Shown: positions 46,944-57,917 of the stretch, piece by piece
Position numbering within the stretch: position 1 is the stretch's first letter
Layout of the letters: each line of letters opens with the position of its first letter
Position numbers and translations under genes: made by a program
Source: an uncultured Desulfovibrio sp.
Lineage (GTDB): Bacteria; Desulfobacterota; Desulfovibrionia; Desulfovibrionales; Desulfovibrionaceae
Reading direction: 5' to 3'
NCBI GenBank assembly: GCA_949291675.1
Contig: CASEWR010000009.1
Location: 35,310-99,309, forward strand
Length of the DNA stretch: 64,000 bases
The notes under the pieces: model-generated
The model's database searches: none
Seen by the model: only the letters and a program-made list of their open reading frames with translations
Told to the model about the DNA's origin: nothing

Positions 46944-48176
46944 ATGAAGATACAGTGCCCGAACTGCTCCTATACCCGCGACATGGCAGACGACCGTATT
47001 CCGGCAGGTGTGCTCACTGCACGCTGCCCGCAGTGCGGCCAATCCTTCCGTTTTTCACGGGACGAGGCCATACATGCGGACGCTGACCAGCACACCAGCG
47101 ATCGTCCCTCGGCAGTGCGTCTTGCCTCGCTGAGCGACAAGGAAGCTGCTGCCCCTGCAGACCAGCGCAGCAGTGCGGACGGCAGCGCAGGACAGGCCGG
47201 CAGATACCAGGATGTGCCAAAGGGGGCTGTGGTGCACAAACAGATGGAGGACCTCTTTGCCCGACCCCGGAGCAAGTCTGAAGATGACGGCAGGTCTGAC
47301 GCCGGCAGGTTTGACGCCGGCACGTCTGACACGCAGGCTCAGGCGTACGCCCGGACTGAACGTGCGGCAGCCGGAAAGCCTGACACCTCTGACTCGTTCA
47401 GCCGGCAGCGCACTGAGCGCAGCCAGGGCAGGGGCACTGAGGACAGCAGCGCGTCTGTGAATGAGCCTGTGCAAGAACCCTGGCAGGGGGCTGTGAAAGA
47501 GCCTGGGCAGGGGGCTGCGAAAGCGTCTGCACACGAGGCGGAAGAGCATACCGAGGCCGAGGAAGGCTGGAGCTTCAATCCCTGGGAGTGCGCCCGCTCG
47601 CTGCAGGAATTTGTGCCTGCCCTCTATCAGACCTGCCTGCGGGTCATGTTTGCGCCGCAGCGCTTCTTTGCAGGCATTGTCCCCCGCTCGGCCCTGCTTG
47701 CCCTGTGCTTCTTCCTGGCCATCAGTGCCCTGCAGACTGTCATTGAGCATGTCTGGAGCCTGGCCTTCTTCAATATGCTTTTAACCGACACCACGGACCC
47801 TGAGCTCAAACAACTGGGCGAGCTGCTCTCCGGCAGGGGGAACTTCCTCTTCTGGCTTGTGTTGCGCTGCGTCATGCTCTGTCTGCAGCTGTATATCTAC
47901 ACAGCCATCCTCTATCTGTGCTGGCGCTTTGTGGCGCGGGATCACGCGGATTTCTCCGTCATCCTGCAGGTCTTGTGCTATGCCCAGGCCCCCCTCATTC
48001 TCAGCATCATTCCCGGCATAGGGACCATTGTCGGCATGATCTGGAGCTTTGTCTGCACCCTTATCGGCTGCAGGACAGCCCTGCGCCTGACCTGGACACA
48101 GACTGCGCTTGGCGCAGCCCCCTTGTGTCTGCTCATCATTTTTTCCTACATGCAATTCATGTCTGTGCTTGCTTAA
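46944..48176 (+). CDS. zinc-ribbon (MJ0042-type) protein with disordered linker and C-terminal Yip1-like multi-TM domain
   Basis: It starts MKIQCPNC...CPQCG, followed by a ~190-aa acidic/Ser-rich linker and 5 TM helices. Confidence 0.6.
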   Translation: MKIQCPNCSYTRDMADDRIPAGVLTARCPQCGQSFRFSRDEAIHADADQHTSDRPSAVRLASLSDKEAAAPADQRSSADGSAGQAGRYQDVPKGAVVHKQMEDLFARPRSKSEDDGRSDAGRFDAGTSDTQAQAYARTERAAAGKPDTSDSFSRQRTERSQGRGTEDSSASVNEPVQEPWQGAVKEPGQGAAKASAHEAEEHTEAEEGWSFNPWECARSLQEFVPALYQTCLRVMFAPQRFFAGIVPRSALLALCFFLAISALQTVIEHVWSLAFFNMLLTDTTDPELKQLGELLSGRGNFLFWLVLRCVMLCLQLYIYTAILYLCWRFVARDHADFSVILQVLCYAQAPLILSIIPGIGTIVGMIWSFVCTLIGCRTALRLTWTQTALGAAPLCLLIIFSYMQFMSVLA

Positions 48177-48657
48177 CCTTTCAGGCACAAGCTCTTGTCA
48201 GCAGAGCAGTTGCAAATTCCGAGCCATACAGGGATCCTCTGGACAGTCTGTCTTCAGGATCCCTGTTCTTTTTCCGGGCAGGAGCATTTTCCACAGGAAA
48301 ATGCCTGCAGTATGAGCGAGAATTGGGAAATCTGCTCTCTTGCTGCAGGGGAAGTGCAGACACAGTGACAGGGAATGAGAACAGGGCTTGCTGCAATCTT
48401 GTTGTCACAAAAAGGAAATCGTAAAAAAATTTTTTTGTGAAATCGTGCACGAGCATTCATGTCACCCATAATGTAGTGTGTTCACAAGGCTTTTGTCATT
48501 GACTTTTTCGGCAAGTCTACTAAGGTGAAGCAAAGTCGGGTGTTCTGATCCCGGCTTTGGACGCATGGTGTGGCCCAGTGCATGCGGACTGCAGGGAGGC
48601 TGCACCCCATCCCCGGACTATCATGGCAATATCCCCCCGAGGAGGTTCCAAAATCAT

Positions 48658-50085
48658 ATGAAACGTCTCACCCTGTTGTCGGGACTGCTGCTGGCTGTCC
48701 TGACATTTCTGCCCTCCCTGGCTGAGGCAGCAGAGCATGCGCCGCACATTCCCGGCGCAGAGCTGTCCATCATCTGGGCAGTGCCCTTTGCCTGCATGCT
48801 GCTCTCCATCGCACTTGGCCCGCTGTTCTTTGCCCATTTCTGGGAACATCACTTCGGCAAGGTGGCTGTCTTCTGGGGTATGGCCTTCCTGATTCCCTGT
48901 GCCATTGTCTACGGCATGAACACAGCTCTCTATGAAGGCCTGCACTCCATTCTGCTTGAATACATTCCCTTCATTGTGCTGCTCTTTGCCCTCTTTACCG
49001 TGGCCGGCGGTGTGCGCCTGACAGGCACCCTGGTGGGCACCCCTGCAGTGAACACAGGCCTGCTGCTCACCGGTACAGTGCTGGCAAGCTGGATGGGAAC
49101 CACCGGTGCAGCCATGCTGCTCATCCGTCCCCTGCTGCGTGCCAATGCCCACCGCAAATACCGTGTGCATCAGGTGGTGTTCTTCATCTTCCTCGTGGCC
49201 AATATCGGCGGCTCCCTGACGCCTCTCGGTGACCCGCCGCTCTTTTTGGGCTACCTCAAGGGTGTGGACTTCTTCTGGACCTTGCAGAACCTCTTTCTGA
49301 AGACCGTCTTCATGGCTGTCTGCCTGCTTGGTATCTACTTCCTCATTGATACCATTCTCTACAAGAAGGAAGGCTCCCCTGTTCCGCCGCAGGAGCCCGG
49401 TGCAACCCAGGAAAAGCTGGGCCTTGAAGGCAAGATCAACCTTGTCCTGCTGCTCGGCATCATCCTGGCAGTGCTCCTCTCCGGTGGCGCAGACCTTGGT
49501 GTGCTCTTCTCCGTCATGGGCATTGAAGTGACTGTTGCAAGCGCAGCCCGTGACGCCTTCCTGCTCTTCATTGCCTGGCTGTCCTGGAAGCTGACCTCCA
49601 GGGAAAGCCGCGAGCTCAATGGCTTCACCTGGGGCCCCATCCTGGAAGTGGGCAAGCTCTTCTTCGGCATCTTCCTCTCCATGATTCCTGCCATTGCCAT
49701 TCTGCGCGCAGGCACGGACGGCGCCCTGGCAGGCCTCATCAACACGGTCTTCCACGACGGACAGCCCGTCAATGCCGCCTTCTTCTGGCTCACCGGTGCC
49801 CTGTCGAGCTTCCTTGACAACGCTCCGACCTACGTCGTCTTCTTCAATACCGCAGGCGGCGATCCGCAGGCCCTCATGACCACCATGTCAGGCACCCTGG
49901 CCGCCATCTCGGCCGGTGCTGTGTTCATGGGCGCCAATACCTACATCGGCAATGCACCCAACTTCATGGTGCGCTCCATTGCCGAAGACCGCGGCGTGCC
50001 CATGCCCAGCTTCTTCGGCTACATGATGTGGTCGTGCGGCATCCTGGTCCCGCTCTTTGTTGTTATGACCTTTATCTTCTTCTAA
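48658..50085 (+). CDS. ArsB/NhaD-superfamily ion transporter (annotated-type: sodium:proton antiporter)
   Basis: It has a signal-like N-terminus and then about 12 TM helices. GAGGAGG lies upstream of ATG 48658. Confidence 0.7.
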   Translation: MKRLTLLSGLLLAVLTFLPSLAEAAEHAPHIPGAELSIIWAVPFACMLLSIALGPLFFAHFWEHHFGKVAVFWGMAFLIPCAIVYGMNTALYEGLHSILLEYIPFIVLLFALFTVAGGVRLTGTLVGTPAVNTGLLLTGTVLASWMGTTGAAMLLIRPLLRANAHRKYRVHQVVFFIFLVANIGGSLTPLGDPPLFLGYLKGVDFFWTLQNLFLKTVFMAVCLLGIYFLIDTILYKKEGSPVPPQEPGATQEKLGLEGKINLVLLLGIILAVLLSGGADLGVLFSVMGIEVTVASAARDAFLLFIAWLSWKLTSRESRELNGFTWGPILEVGKLFFGIFLSMIPAIAILRAGTDGALAGLINTVFHDGQPVNAAFFWLTGALSSFLDNAPTYVVFFNTAGGDPQALMTTMSGTLAAISAGAVFMGANTYIGNAPNFMVRSIAEDRGVPMPSFFGYMMWSCGILVPLFVVMTFIFF

Positions 50086-50112
50086 ACCATCCCTGACGTT
50101 TTCTCTGTGCTG

Positions 50113-50158
50113 AGCGCGGCCCCCGGACATGCTTTCGGGAGCCGCGCTGCTCTTTTTT
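50113..50158 (+). terminator. Rho-independent terminator
   Basis: AGCGCGGC ... GCCGCGCT stem followed by GCTCTTTTTT. Confidence 0.6.
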
Positions 50159-50393
50159 GGGGGCAGGCCCGGGCCTGTACCGGGCAGCGTGTCAGGGCAT
50201 GTCAGGGCAGCATGTCCGGGCAGTCTCTCAGGGCAGCGTGACAGTCAGGATGATGGCAGGGGCCGGAGGACAGGCCTTGCAGGCAGTCGGGCAGAGAGCC
50301 GGGCGACAGCATGCGCCTGCTGTTGACAGAGCGAATTGACTGCGCTTAGCTTTCCCCGATTTTCCCGCAACCTTTTGTCAACAGGGACAGACC

Positions 50394-50978
50394 ATGCCGA
50401 AGATTCCCACCGAACGCCGTCGCGACAAGATGGCCAGAGTGCTGCAGCACAGGCAGCCTGACCTTACCCTTGTTCTTGCCAACATCCACGATCCGCACAA
50501 TGTCTCAGCCATTTACCGCTCCTGTGACGCCTTTGGCGTGGAGTCCGTGCATCTGTACTATACCAATACAGCCTTTCCCCTGCTTGGCCGCAAGTCCTCT
50601 GCCTCTGCCCGCAAATGGGTGAACACTGTGCGCCACAGGGACGAGAACGAGCTCAAAGAGGCCCTGGCAGGCTGGCAGATCCTGGTCACGGACTGCACCC
50701 CCACTGCCCGTCCCCTGCGCTCCTATGACTTCACCAGGCCCACAGCCATTGTGCTTGGCAATGAGCACAGCGGTGTGGCCCCGGAACTGGCCTCCATTGC
50801 CACAGGCGAGCTCTACATTCCCATGTACGGCATGATTCAGAGCTTCAATGTCTCTGTGGCCGCAGCCATCATCCTGGCAGAGGCCAGCAGACAGCGCGAG
50901 GCAGCAGGCATGTACGAGACCTGTCGCTATGCCGAGGACGTCTACCAGGCAAAACTGGCAGACTGGATCGAGCGCTGA
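50394..50978 (+). CDS. SpoU/TrmH-family RNA 2'-O-methyltransferase
   Basis: It has SpoU motifs (NIHDPHNVSAIYRSCDAFG, LGNEHSGV, IPMYGMIQSFNVSVAAAI). Confidence 0.85.
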   Translation: MPKIPTERRRDKMARVLQHRQPDLTLVLANIHDPHNVSAIYRSCDAFGVESVHLYYTNTAFPLLGRKSSASARKWVNTVRHRDENELKEALAGWQILVTDCTPTARPLRSYDFTRPTAIVLGNEHSGVAPELASIATGELYIPMYGMIQSFNVSVAAAIILAEASRQREAAGMYETCRYAEDVYQAKLADWIER

Positions 50979-51122
50979 GCCTGCCGGCTGCAGCGCCCAA
51001 GGTCCCGCAACGCTGTCCCTGCGTCCGCCCTGCTTCGTTTCCGGTCCGTATCAAGCTCGTATCCAGCCCGTATCCCGCTTGTTTTCAGCCCGTTTTCAGC
51101 CCGTCAGTCTTCAGAGACACCC

Positions 51123-54100
51123 ATGACAGAACACTCTCACAGTACAGGTTCTGCAGGCTCTGCTGCTGCCACAGCAGCAGAGCGCCTGCACAGCATCCAT
51201 ATTGAGCACGCAAAGCAGCACAATCTGCGCGACGTCTCCCTGGACATTCCCCGCGACGAGCTTGTGGTCATCTGCGGCCCGTCGGGCTCCGGCAAGTCCA
51301 CCCTGGCCTTTGACATCATCTATGCCGAGGGCCAGCGGCGCTATGTGGAGAGCCTGTCTGCCTATGCCAGGCAGTTTCTGCCCAAGATGGACAAGCCGGA
51401 TGTGGGCAAGATTGAGGGCCTCACCCCTGCCATCAGCCTGGAGCAGAGCACAACCTCCCACAATCCCCGCTCCACTGTGGGCACTGTCACCGAGATCTAC
51501 GACTTTCTGCGCGTCTTCTTTGCCAGACTGGGCCAGGTCTGCTGCCCTAAATGCGGGCGTCCCATCGAGGCCCGCTCCACAGACGAGATCCTGGAAGATA
51601 TCTTAAGCCTTGCAGCGGGCACAAAGATCATTGTCATGGCCCCGCTGGTGGAGCTGCAGAAGGGCACACAGGCGGACAGGCTGAAGAAGCTCAAGGCCAG
51701 GGGCTTTGCCAGGGTGCGCGTGGACGGCGAGTTCTTCACCATTGACGATGTGCCTGCCCTGGACAAGAAGCGCAAGCACACCCTGGATCTGGTCATAGAC
51801 AGGCTGGTCATCAAGGAGGGCATACGCTCCCGTCTGGCCGAGTCCGTGGAACTGGCCCTGAAAGAGGCCGAGGGCAGGCTCATCCTGCAGACGCTCTGCG
51901 ACGATGGCGGGCATGACAAGCTCTATTCCACCTCTTCTGCCTGCCCTGTGTGCCACATCTCCATGCCTGCCCCGAGCCCGCAGCTCTTCTCCTTCAATAC
52001 CCCCCAGGGTGCCTGCCCGCGCTGTGTGGGCCTTGGCACTGTGGACTACTTTGAGCCCAGACTCATTGCTCCCAACAAGGGCCTGAGCATCAATGCCGGT
52101 GCCCTGCTGCCCTGGGCCGGCAGCAGGGTGCTGGCCCGCTATGCTGATGCGCTGGCTGCCCTTGGCACACGCCATGGCTTTACCCTGGACACCCCCCTGG
52201 CAGACTTTACCAGGGATGCCTGGCTGGCGCTCTTCTATGGTGAGGACGAAGAGGGCAGGGCTGCCAGCACTTCTGCAGGGCTGCGCCGCAACTGGATGGG
52301 CGGCAGTGTGGCACTCTATGCCAGAGGGGACTATCAGTCCGATCACTTTGACTTTGCCCCTGACGTCACAGTCAATCACACCGTGACCACAGAACGCTGG
52401 CCAGGTGTCATCCCCCTGCTTGAGCATGGCATGCAGTATGGCGATGCCTGGCGCGATGAGCTGGCCCGCTACCGGCAGACCACGGACTGCCCGGACTGCA
52501 GGGGTGCCAGACTTAAGCCCGAGGCCCTTGCCGTGCGTGTGCAAAAGACCACTATTGCCGAGTTCTGCGCCCTGTCCGTGGAGCGCGAGCTGGCCTGGCT
52601 GGACGGCCTGGAGTTTGGCGGGCGCTGGGCGCTCATTGCCACGCCGCTTTTGAAGGAGCTGCGGCACAGGCTGGGCTTTTTGAAGAACGTGGGCCTGGAG
52701 TACCTCTCCCTGGCACGCTCCATGGTGACCCTGTCCGGTGGCGAGGCACAGCGCATTCGTCTGGCCTCACAGCTTGGTGCAGGCCTTGTCGGCGTCACCT
52801 ATGTCCTGGACGAGCCCTCCATAGGCCTGCACCCCAGGGACAATGAGCGCCTTATCGAGACGCTGCGCTCCCTGCAGCGGCGCGGCAATACCGTGCTTGT
52901 GGTCGAGCATGACGAGTCCACCATCTGCGAGGCGGACACTGTCATTGAGCTTGGGCCTGGCTCAGGCATACAGGGCGGCACGGTCACCTTCCAGGGCTCA
53001 GTGCCTGAGCTGTTGCACAGCCAGACCCTCACAGCCCGCTATGTGCGCGGCGACATGTGTGTGCCCATGCCCGAGGAGCGGCGGACTGCCAGGGGCGAAC
53101 TTGTGCTGCAGAAGGTGACCACCAACAATCTGCAGGGCATGGATGTCTCCTTCCCCCTTGGCGTGCTCACCTGCGTCACCGGTGTCTCGGGCTCAGGCAA
53201 GTCCTCCCTGGTGGTGGATACCCTCTACAAGCATCTGTGCCTGCGCCAGGGCCTGCGCGTGGACAATCCCGGCACCATAGCCGGCATGCTGGGCGCAGAG
53301 GCCATTGAGCGGGTGGTTGCCATTGACCAGACCCCCATTGGCAGAACCCCGCGCTCCAATCCTGCCACCTATACCAAGGTCTTTGACGAGATTCGCAACA
53401 TCTTTGCCGCCAGCCCTGACGCCAGGCGCAAGGGCTACACCCCCGGCCGCTTCAGCTTCAATGTGGCTGGCGGGCGCTGCGAGACCTGCAAGGGGGACGG
53501 CCAGATCCAGGTGGAAATGCACTTTCTGCCCGATGTCTACGTGACCTGCGATGTCTGCCATGGCAAGCGCTACAATCACGAGACGCTGCAGGTGCGCTAC
53601 AAGGGCCTCACCATTGCCGATGTGCTGGATCTCACGGTGAGCCAGGCACGGACCTTCTTTGCCAGCTATCCTTCCCTGGAGCGCCGCCTTGGCGTGCTGG
53701 AGGACGTGGGCCTGGGCTACATCCAGCTCGGTCAGTCCGCCACCACCCTGTCCGGCGGCGAGGCACAGCGCATCAAGATCAGCCGCGAGCTCGGCAAGCG
53801 CAGCCTGCCGGGCACCCTCTATATCCTGGACGAGCCCACCACGGGCCTGCACATGCACGAAGTGGGCAAGCTCCTCAAGGTGCTCCATGCCCTGGTGGAC
53901 AAGGGCGCCACAGTGGTGGTCATTGAGCACAATACCGACTTCATCCTGGCTGCAGACTGGGTCATAGACATGGGCCCGGGCGGCGGCGAGCGGGGCGGGC
54001 GCATCATTTCCTGCGGCACCCCGGAGGGCATTGTGGCAGACCCTGCCTCTGTGACCGGGCGCTTCCTCATGGAGGAGCGCAAGGCGCGTTTGAAGCGCAG

Positions 54101-54137
54101 AGAAGCTGCAGGCCTGCAGGCTGCATGCACACTCTGA
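51123..54137 (+). CDS. uvrA: excinuclease ABC subunit A
   Basis: It has two ABC modules (GPSGSGKST, GVSGSGKSS; two LSGGEAQR signatures) and zinc-finger Cys pairs. The product is 1004 aa. Confidence 0.95.
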   Translation: MTEHSHSTGSAGSAAATAAERLHSIHIEHAKQHNLRDVSLDIPRDELVVICGPSGSGKSTLAFDIIYAEGQRRYVESLSAYARQFLPKMDKPDVGKIEGLTPAISLEQSTTSHNPRSTVGTVTEIYDFLRVFFARLGQVCCPKCGRPIEARSTDEILEDILSLAAGTKIIVMAPLVELQKGTQADRLKKLKARGFARVRVDGEFFTIDDVPALDKKRKHTLDLVIDRLVIKEGIRSRLAESVELALKEAEGRLILQTLCDDGGHDKLYSTSSACPVCHISMPAPSPQLFSFNTPQGACPRCVGLGTVDYFEPRLIAPNKGLSINAGALLPWAGSRVLARYADALAALGTRHGFTLDTPLADFTRDAWLALFYGEDEEGRAASTSAGLRRNWMGGSVALYARGDYQSDHFDFAPDVTVNHTVTTERWPGVIPLLEHGMQYGDAWRDELARYRQTTDCPDCRGARLKPEALAVRVQKTTIAEFCALSVERELAWLDGLEFGGRWALIATPLLKELRHRLGFLKNVGLEYLSLARSMVTLSGGEAQRIRLASQLGAGLVGVTYVLDEPSIGLHPRDNERLIETLRSLQRRGNTVLVVEHDESTICEADTVIELGPGSGIQGGTVTFQGSVPELLHSQTLTARYVRGDMCVPMPEERRTARGELVLQKVTTNNLQGMDVSFPLGVLTCVTGVSGSGKSSLVVDTLYKHLCLRQGLRVDNPGTIAGMLGAEAIERVVAIDQTPIGRTPRSNPATYTKVFDEIRNIFAASPDARRKGYTPGRFSFNVAGGRCETCKGDGQIQVEMHFLPDVYVTCDVCHGKRYNHETLQVRYKGLTIADVLDLTVSQARTFFASYPSLERRLGVLEDVGLGYIQLGQSATTLSGGEAQRIKISRELGKRSLPGTLYILDEPTTGLHMHEVGKLLKVLHALVDKGATVVVIEHNTDFILAADWVIDMGPGGGERGGRIISCGTPEGIVADPASVTGRFLMEERKARLKRREAAGLQAACTL

Positions 54138-54148
54138 CACATTGTCCG

Positions 54149-54196
54149 GGCAGGCAGAGGGCTCAAGCTGCGTTCTCTGCCTGCCTCTGCGTTTTT
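54149..54196 (+). terminator. probable terminator after uvrA
   Basis: GGCAGGCAGAG ... CTCTGCCTGCC (11-bp stem), with TTTTT 6 nt downstream. Confidence 0.5.
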
Positions 54197-54539
54197 GCCA
54201 ATACGATTTGCCTGCCTGACAGGGCCTGACAGTGTGCGTGTGGCAGCAAATGACTGTGTCGCAGAGCCAGACGTGCAGTATCGGGCCTGTATTCTCAGGC
54301 TTCGGGCTGCCTTGCTGTGACAGAGAAGACATAAAAATGACAATTTTGCAGGGTGCGCACGTGTTTGCCAAAGTCTGGCAATCAGTGTATGTTCCTTTTT
54401 TCACCTCCCGAAAAAGTCACTGCTGAGAAGAACTGTGTGCGACGCACTCCTGACACATTGTTCAGGCGCACAGCTTCTTTCCCCCGGGTAGTGTCTTTGT
54501 GCGGGAGAATGCTTTCTGTCTCCCCGAGGAGTTTTTTCC

Positions 54540-55571
54540 ATGAACAGACTGGCCGGACGGCATTTTCTCAAGGAAATCGACTTCAGCCCGGAAGAGCTGG
54601 AGTACCTCATTGATCTGGCAGCACGTCTCAAGGCTGCCAAGAAGGCACGCAGGGAACCCCAGCTCATGCAGGGCCGCAATATTGCACTGCTCTTTGAAAA
54701 GGACAGCACCAGAACACGCTGTTCCTTTGAAGTGGCTGCCCATGATCAGGGTGCGCATGTCACCTATCTCGGCCCCAGCGGCTCCCAGATGGGCAAGAAG
54801 GAGTCCCTTGCCGACACAGCCCGCGTGCTGAACGGCTTCTTTGACGGCATTGAGTACCGCGGCTTTGAGCAGACAAGAGTGGAAAGGCTGGCAAAGTACA
54901 GTGCTGTGCCGGTGTGGAACGGCCTCACCAACGAGTGGCATCCCACCCAGCTGCTGGCTGACATGCTCACCATGAAGGAGTGCTCAGGCCACCTGAAGGG
55001 GCTGACCATGGCCTACCTCGGCGATGCCCGCTACAACATGGGCAATTCGCTCATGATTGTCTCCGCCATGCTGGGTGTGAACTTCCGCTCTGTGGCCCCG
55101 AAGGCTCTGTGGACCAGCGACGAGGTCTTCGCCATGGCTCAGGACTACGCAAAGGTCTCCGGTGCCGTCATCGAGCGCACTGAAGACGTGCACAGGGGCG
55201 TGGAGGGCTGTGACTACCTCTACACAGATGTGTGGGTCTCCATGGGTGAGCCCGATGAGGTGTGGAAGGAGCGCATCGAGCTGCTCACACCCTACAGGGT
55301 GACCAATGAGGTCATGGCCATGACCGGCAAGCCTGACTGTGCCTTCCTGCACTGTCTGCCTGCCTTCCATAACCGCGAGACCACCATTGGCGAGCAGATC
55401 TACCAGAAGTACGGCGTAGACTGCATGGAAGTGAACGACGACGTCTTCGAGTCTGCGCGCAACAAGGCCTTCCTGGAAGCCGAGAACCGCATGCACACCA
55501 TCAAGGCTGTCATGGTGGCCACCCTGGCTGAGGAAGACATTGACGCAGCGCTGACTGCACGCGGCTTCTAA
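54540..55571 (+). CDS. argF: ornithine carbamoyltransferase
   Basis: It has [13 protein letters not shown] and HCLP motifs. The product is 343 aa, and GAGGAG lies upstream. Confidence 0.9.
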   Translation: MNRLAGRHFLKEIDFSPEELEYLIDLAARLKAAKKARREPQLMQGRNIALLFEKDSTRTRCSFEVAAHDQGAHVTYLGPSGSQMGKKESLADTARVLNGFFDGIEYRGFEQTRVERLAKYSAVPVWNGLTNEWHPTQLLADMLTMKECSGHLKGLTMAYLGDARYNMGNSLMIVSAMLGVNFRSVAPKALWTSDEVFAMAQDYAKVSGAVIERTEDVHRGVEGCDYLYTDVWVSMGEPDEVWKERIELLTPYRVTNEVMAMTGKPDCAFLHCLPAFHNRETTIGEQIYQKYGVDCMEVNDDVFESARNKAFLEAENRMHTIKAVMVATLAEEDIDAALTARGF

Positions 55572-55757
55572 AGAAGGGGAGGGCGGTCGCTTCCGCACTC
55601 TTCCGTACTCTTCATTACAGAGCTTTCATCAGAGCTTCGTTCAGCGTTGTGTGCGCATTTGTATTCGCAAAGCCGGCAGGGCCGGTGAGGTGACAGGCAA
55701 GCATATCTCTTTTGTGTACTGTGCGTTTGAAAAGTGAATGTGTCATGGGGGTGACAT

Positions 55758-57470
55758 GTGGCTTTTGAAAGCAAAAACACTGACAGGGAGGGGAGTTCTG
55801 TCCCTTCGTCCGCTGAACATGCATCAGAGTGTGCAGGCAGTGCGTCAGAACATGCAGCAGGCACTGCAGCAGGTACTGCCCGGGCAGATGGTCCAGGCAA
55901 TCTCTTTTCTCCCGAGTATATGTGCGAACTGCCGGATAGTTTTCGGGGTAACACCTATCTCGCACTGCTGCATGAGATAGCGCAGCTTTTGAGCTCCACG
56001 GCCGATGTGAAGGCCTGCCTTGACGGGGTGCTGGACCTGCTGGCCCGGCACCTGCACATGATGCGGGGAACCATTACCCTGGTTTCACCAAAAAGCGGGC
56101 AGATACGCATTGAGGCCAGCTACGGCCTCAAGCCTGCCGAGAAATCCCGCGGCCAATACCATCCCGGTGAGGGCATCATCGGCCATGTGGTCCAGAGCGG
56201 CGAGCCCATGTACATCTCCAGGGTCTCGGAAGAGCCGCGTTTTCTCAACAGAACCAGATCCAGGGATCTGAACAAGAGCGACATCTCCTATATCTGTGTG
56301 CCCATACGCCTCAATCAGCAGGTGGTGGGAGCGCTGTCCGTGGACAGACTGCTGGCAGACGAGGAGCGTCTGGAAGAAGAGGAGCAGCTGCTCTTCATCA
56401 TTGCCATGCTGCTCGGCTATGCTGCCTGGGAAGCCCAGCGCAAGATGGACGAAAGCAATGGCATGCCCGGACGCCCCAAGGGCTTTATCGGCAATTCCGA
56501 GGTCATGCAGCGCGTCTACGCGCAGATTGTGCAGGTCAGTCAGTCCCAGGCAACGGTCTTTATCCAGGGTGAGTCCGGCACAGGCAAGGAGCTTGCTGCC
56601 AGAGCCATTCACAATGCCTCCTCCAGGGCAGACAAGCGCTTTGAGGCCATCAACTGCGCAGCCCTGCCCGAGAACCTCATTGAAAGTGAGCTCTTCGGCT
56701 ATGAGAAGGGGACCTTCACCGGTGCTGTGAGCACCCGCAAGGGCCGCTTTGAGCTGGCAGACGGCGGCACGCTCTTCCTGGACGAAGTGGGGGAACTCTC
56801 CCTGCTTGCCCAGGCAAAGCTGCTGCGCGTCCTGCAGGAGCGCAGCATTGACCGCCTGGGCGGCTCTTCGCCCATTCCTGTGGATGTGCGTCTCATCACT
56901 GCCACCAACAGGAATCTGGAAAAGATGGTGGAAGAAGGCACGTTTCGGCGTGACCTCTACTACCGTCTCTATGTCTTCCCCATCGTGCTGCCGCCCCTGC
57001 GCGAGCGTCAGGACGACATTCTGCCCCTGGCAAGCCACTTCGTGAAGCGTTTTGCCAGGGAGATGGGCAGGGAGGATGTGCGCATCTCCCTGGCAGCCAT
57101 GGACATGCTGCAGCGCTATGCCTGGCCCGGCAATATCCGCGAGCTGGAAAACGCCATGGAGCGTGCCGTGCTCATGCTCGGTACCCAGAACCTTATCCTG
57201 CCCCAGCATCTGCCTGCCTTCATGCATGTCTATGAAGGCACAGTCACAGAAAGCGGGAGCACGCATCAGCGCAGAGCTGCTGCCACACTGCAGGAACACC
57301 TGGACGAGCTGGAAAAGGCCTGCATTATCGACGCCATGGAAGCAAGCCGGGGCCAGATTGCCAAAGCTGCCCAGGCGCTTGGCCTGACCCAGCGCATCCT
57401 GGGCCTGCGTCTGAAAAAGTACGGCATCAGCTACAAGGACTACAGGCACAAGAAGCAGGGCGGAAGCTGA
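55758..57470 (+). CDS. sigma-54-dependent activator with N-terminal GAF domain (NifA-like architecture)
   Basis: It has a GAF-like region (LLHEIAQLL...GIIGHV), [16 protein letters not shown] (GAFTGA-loop variant), [10 protein letters not shown], and a C-terminal HTH ([20 protein letters not shown]). The start is GTG 55758 or ATG 55920. Confidence 0.85.
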   Translation: MAFESKNTDREGSSVPSSAEHASECAGSASEHAAGTAAGTARADGPGNLFSPEYMCELPDSFRGNTYLALLHEIAQLLSSTADVKACLDGVLDLLARHLHMMRGTITLVSPKSGQIRIEASYGLKPAEKSRGQYHPGEGIIGHVVQSGEPMYISRVSEEPRFLNRTRSRDLNKSDISYICVPIRLNQQVVGALSVDRLLADEERLEEEEQLLFIIAMLLGYAAWEAQRKMDESNGMPGRPKGFIGNSEVMQRVYAQIVQVSQSQATVFIQGESGTGKELAARAIHNASSRADKRFEAINCAALPENLIESELFGYEKGTFTGAVSTRKGRFELADGGTLFLDEVGELSLLAQAKLLRVLQERSIDRLGGSSPIPVDVRLITATNRNLEKMVEEGTFRRDLYYRLYVFPIVLPPLRERQDDILPLASHFVKRFAREMGREDVRISLAAMDMLQRYAWPGNIRELENAMERAVLMLGTQNLILPQHLPAFMHVYEGTVTESGSTHQRRAAATLQEHLDELEKACIIDAMEASRGQIAKAAQALGLTQRILGLRLKKYGISYKDYRHKKQGGS

Positions 57471-57678
57471 GCTGCCTGACCTGACCTGACCTGCTGAAGC
57501 TGGCCTTTTGCTGCAGGACGTCTGAGACCGGACCTCTGCGTTGGACCGTCGCGGACAGCAATCCCCATCCCCCGCTCCAGAGCCCGCGTGCCAGCACCGC
57601 CTTGAGCCTGTCCTCGCACCTTTGGACGCACTTTTGCACGTCCCTCACTGCTCTTCCCTCACTGCTCTTTCCTCTCAG

Positions 57679-57917
57679 CCATTCCCCCGCCATTCCCCCT
57701 GCCGCAGGCTCGGCCAGGCATTATTCCCCCGCCATTCGCCCACCAGCTGGCTCAGCCAGGCTCCATTCACCCGCCATTCCCCGGCAGCCGGCATCTGACC
57801 GGCACCATTTCCCCCGCCATTCCCCGGCAGCCGGCATCTGACCGGCACCATTTCCCCGCCATTCCCCCGGCAGCCGGCTCAGCCAGGTACTATTCCCCCG
57901 CCATTCTCCCGCCACTG
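57679..57917. repeat. ~43-bp tandem repeat x5.5
   Basis: Units start at about 57679, 57721, 57763, 57806, 57849 and 57891. Two are near-identical (CCATTTCCCCCGCCATTCCCCGGCAGCCGGCATCTGACCGGCA). Confidence 0.85.

Noticed and set aside
48437-48490. TGTGA / TCACA-like words upstream of the ArsB/NhaD transporter as a CRP/FNR-family site.
   Set aside because: The half-sites are not at N6 spacing. The best candidate (TTGTGAACACACTACATT on the minus strand) matches only one half-site.
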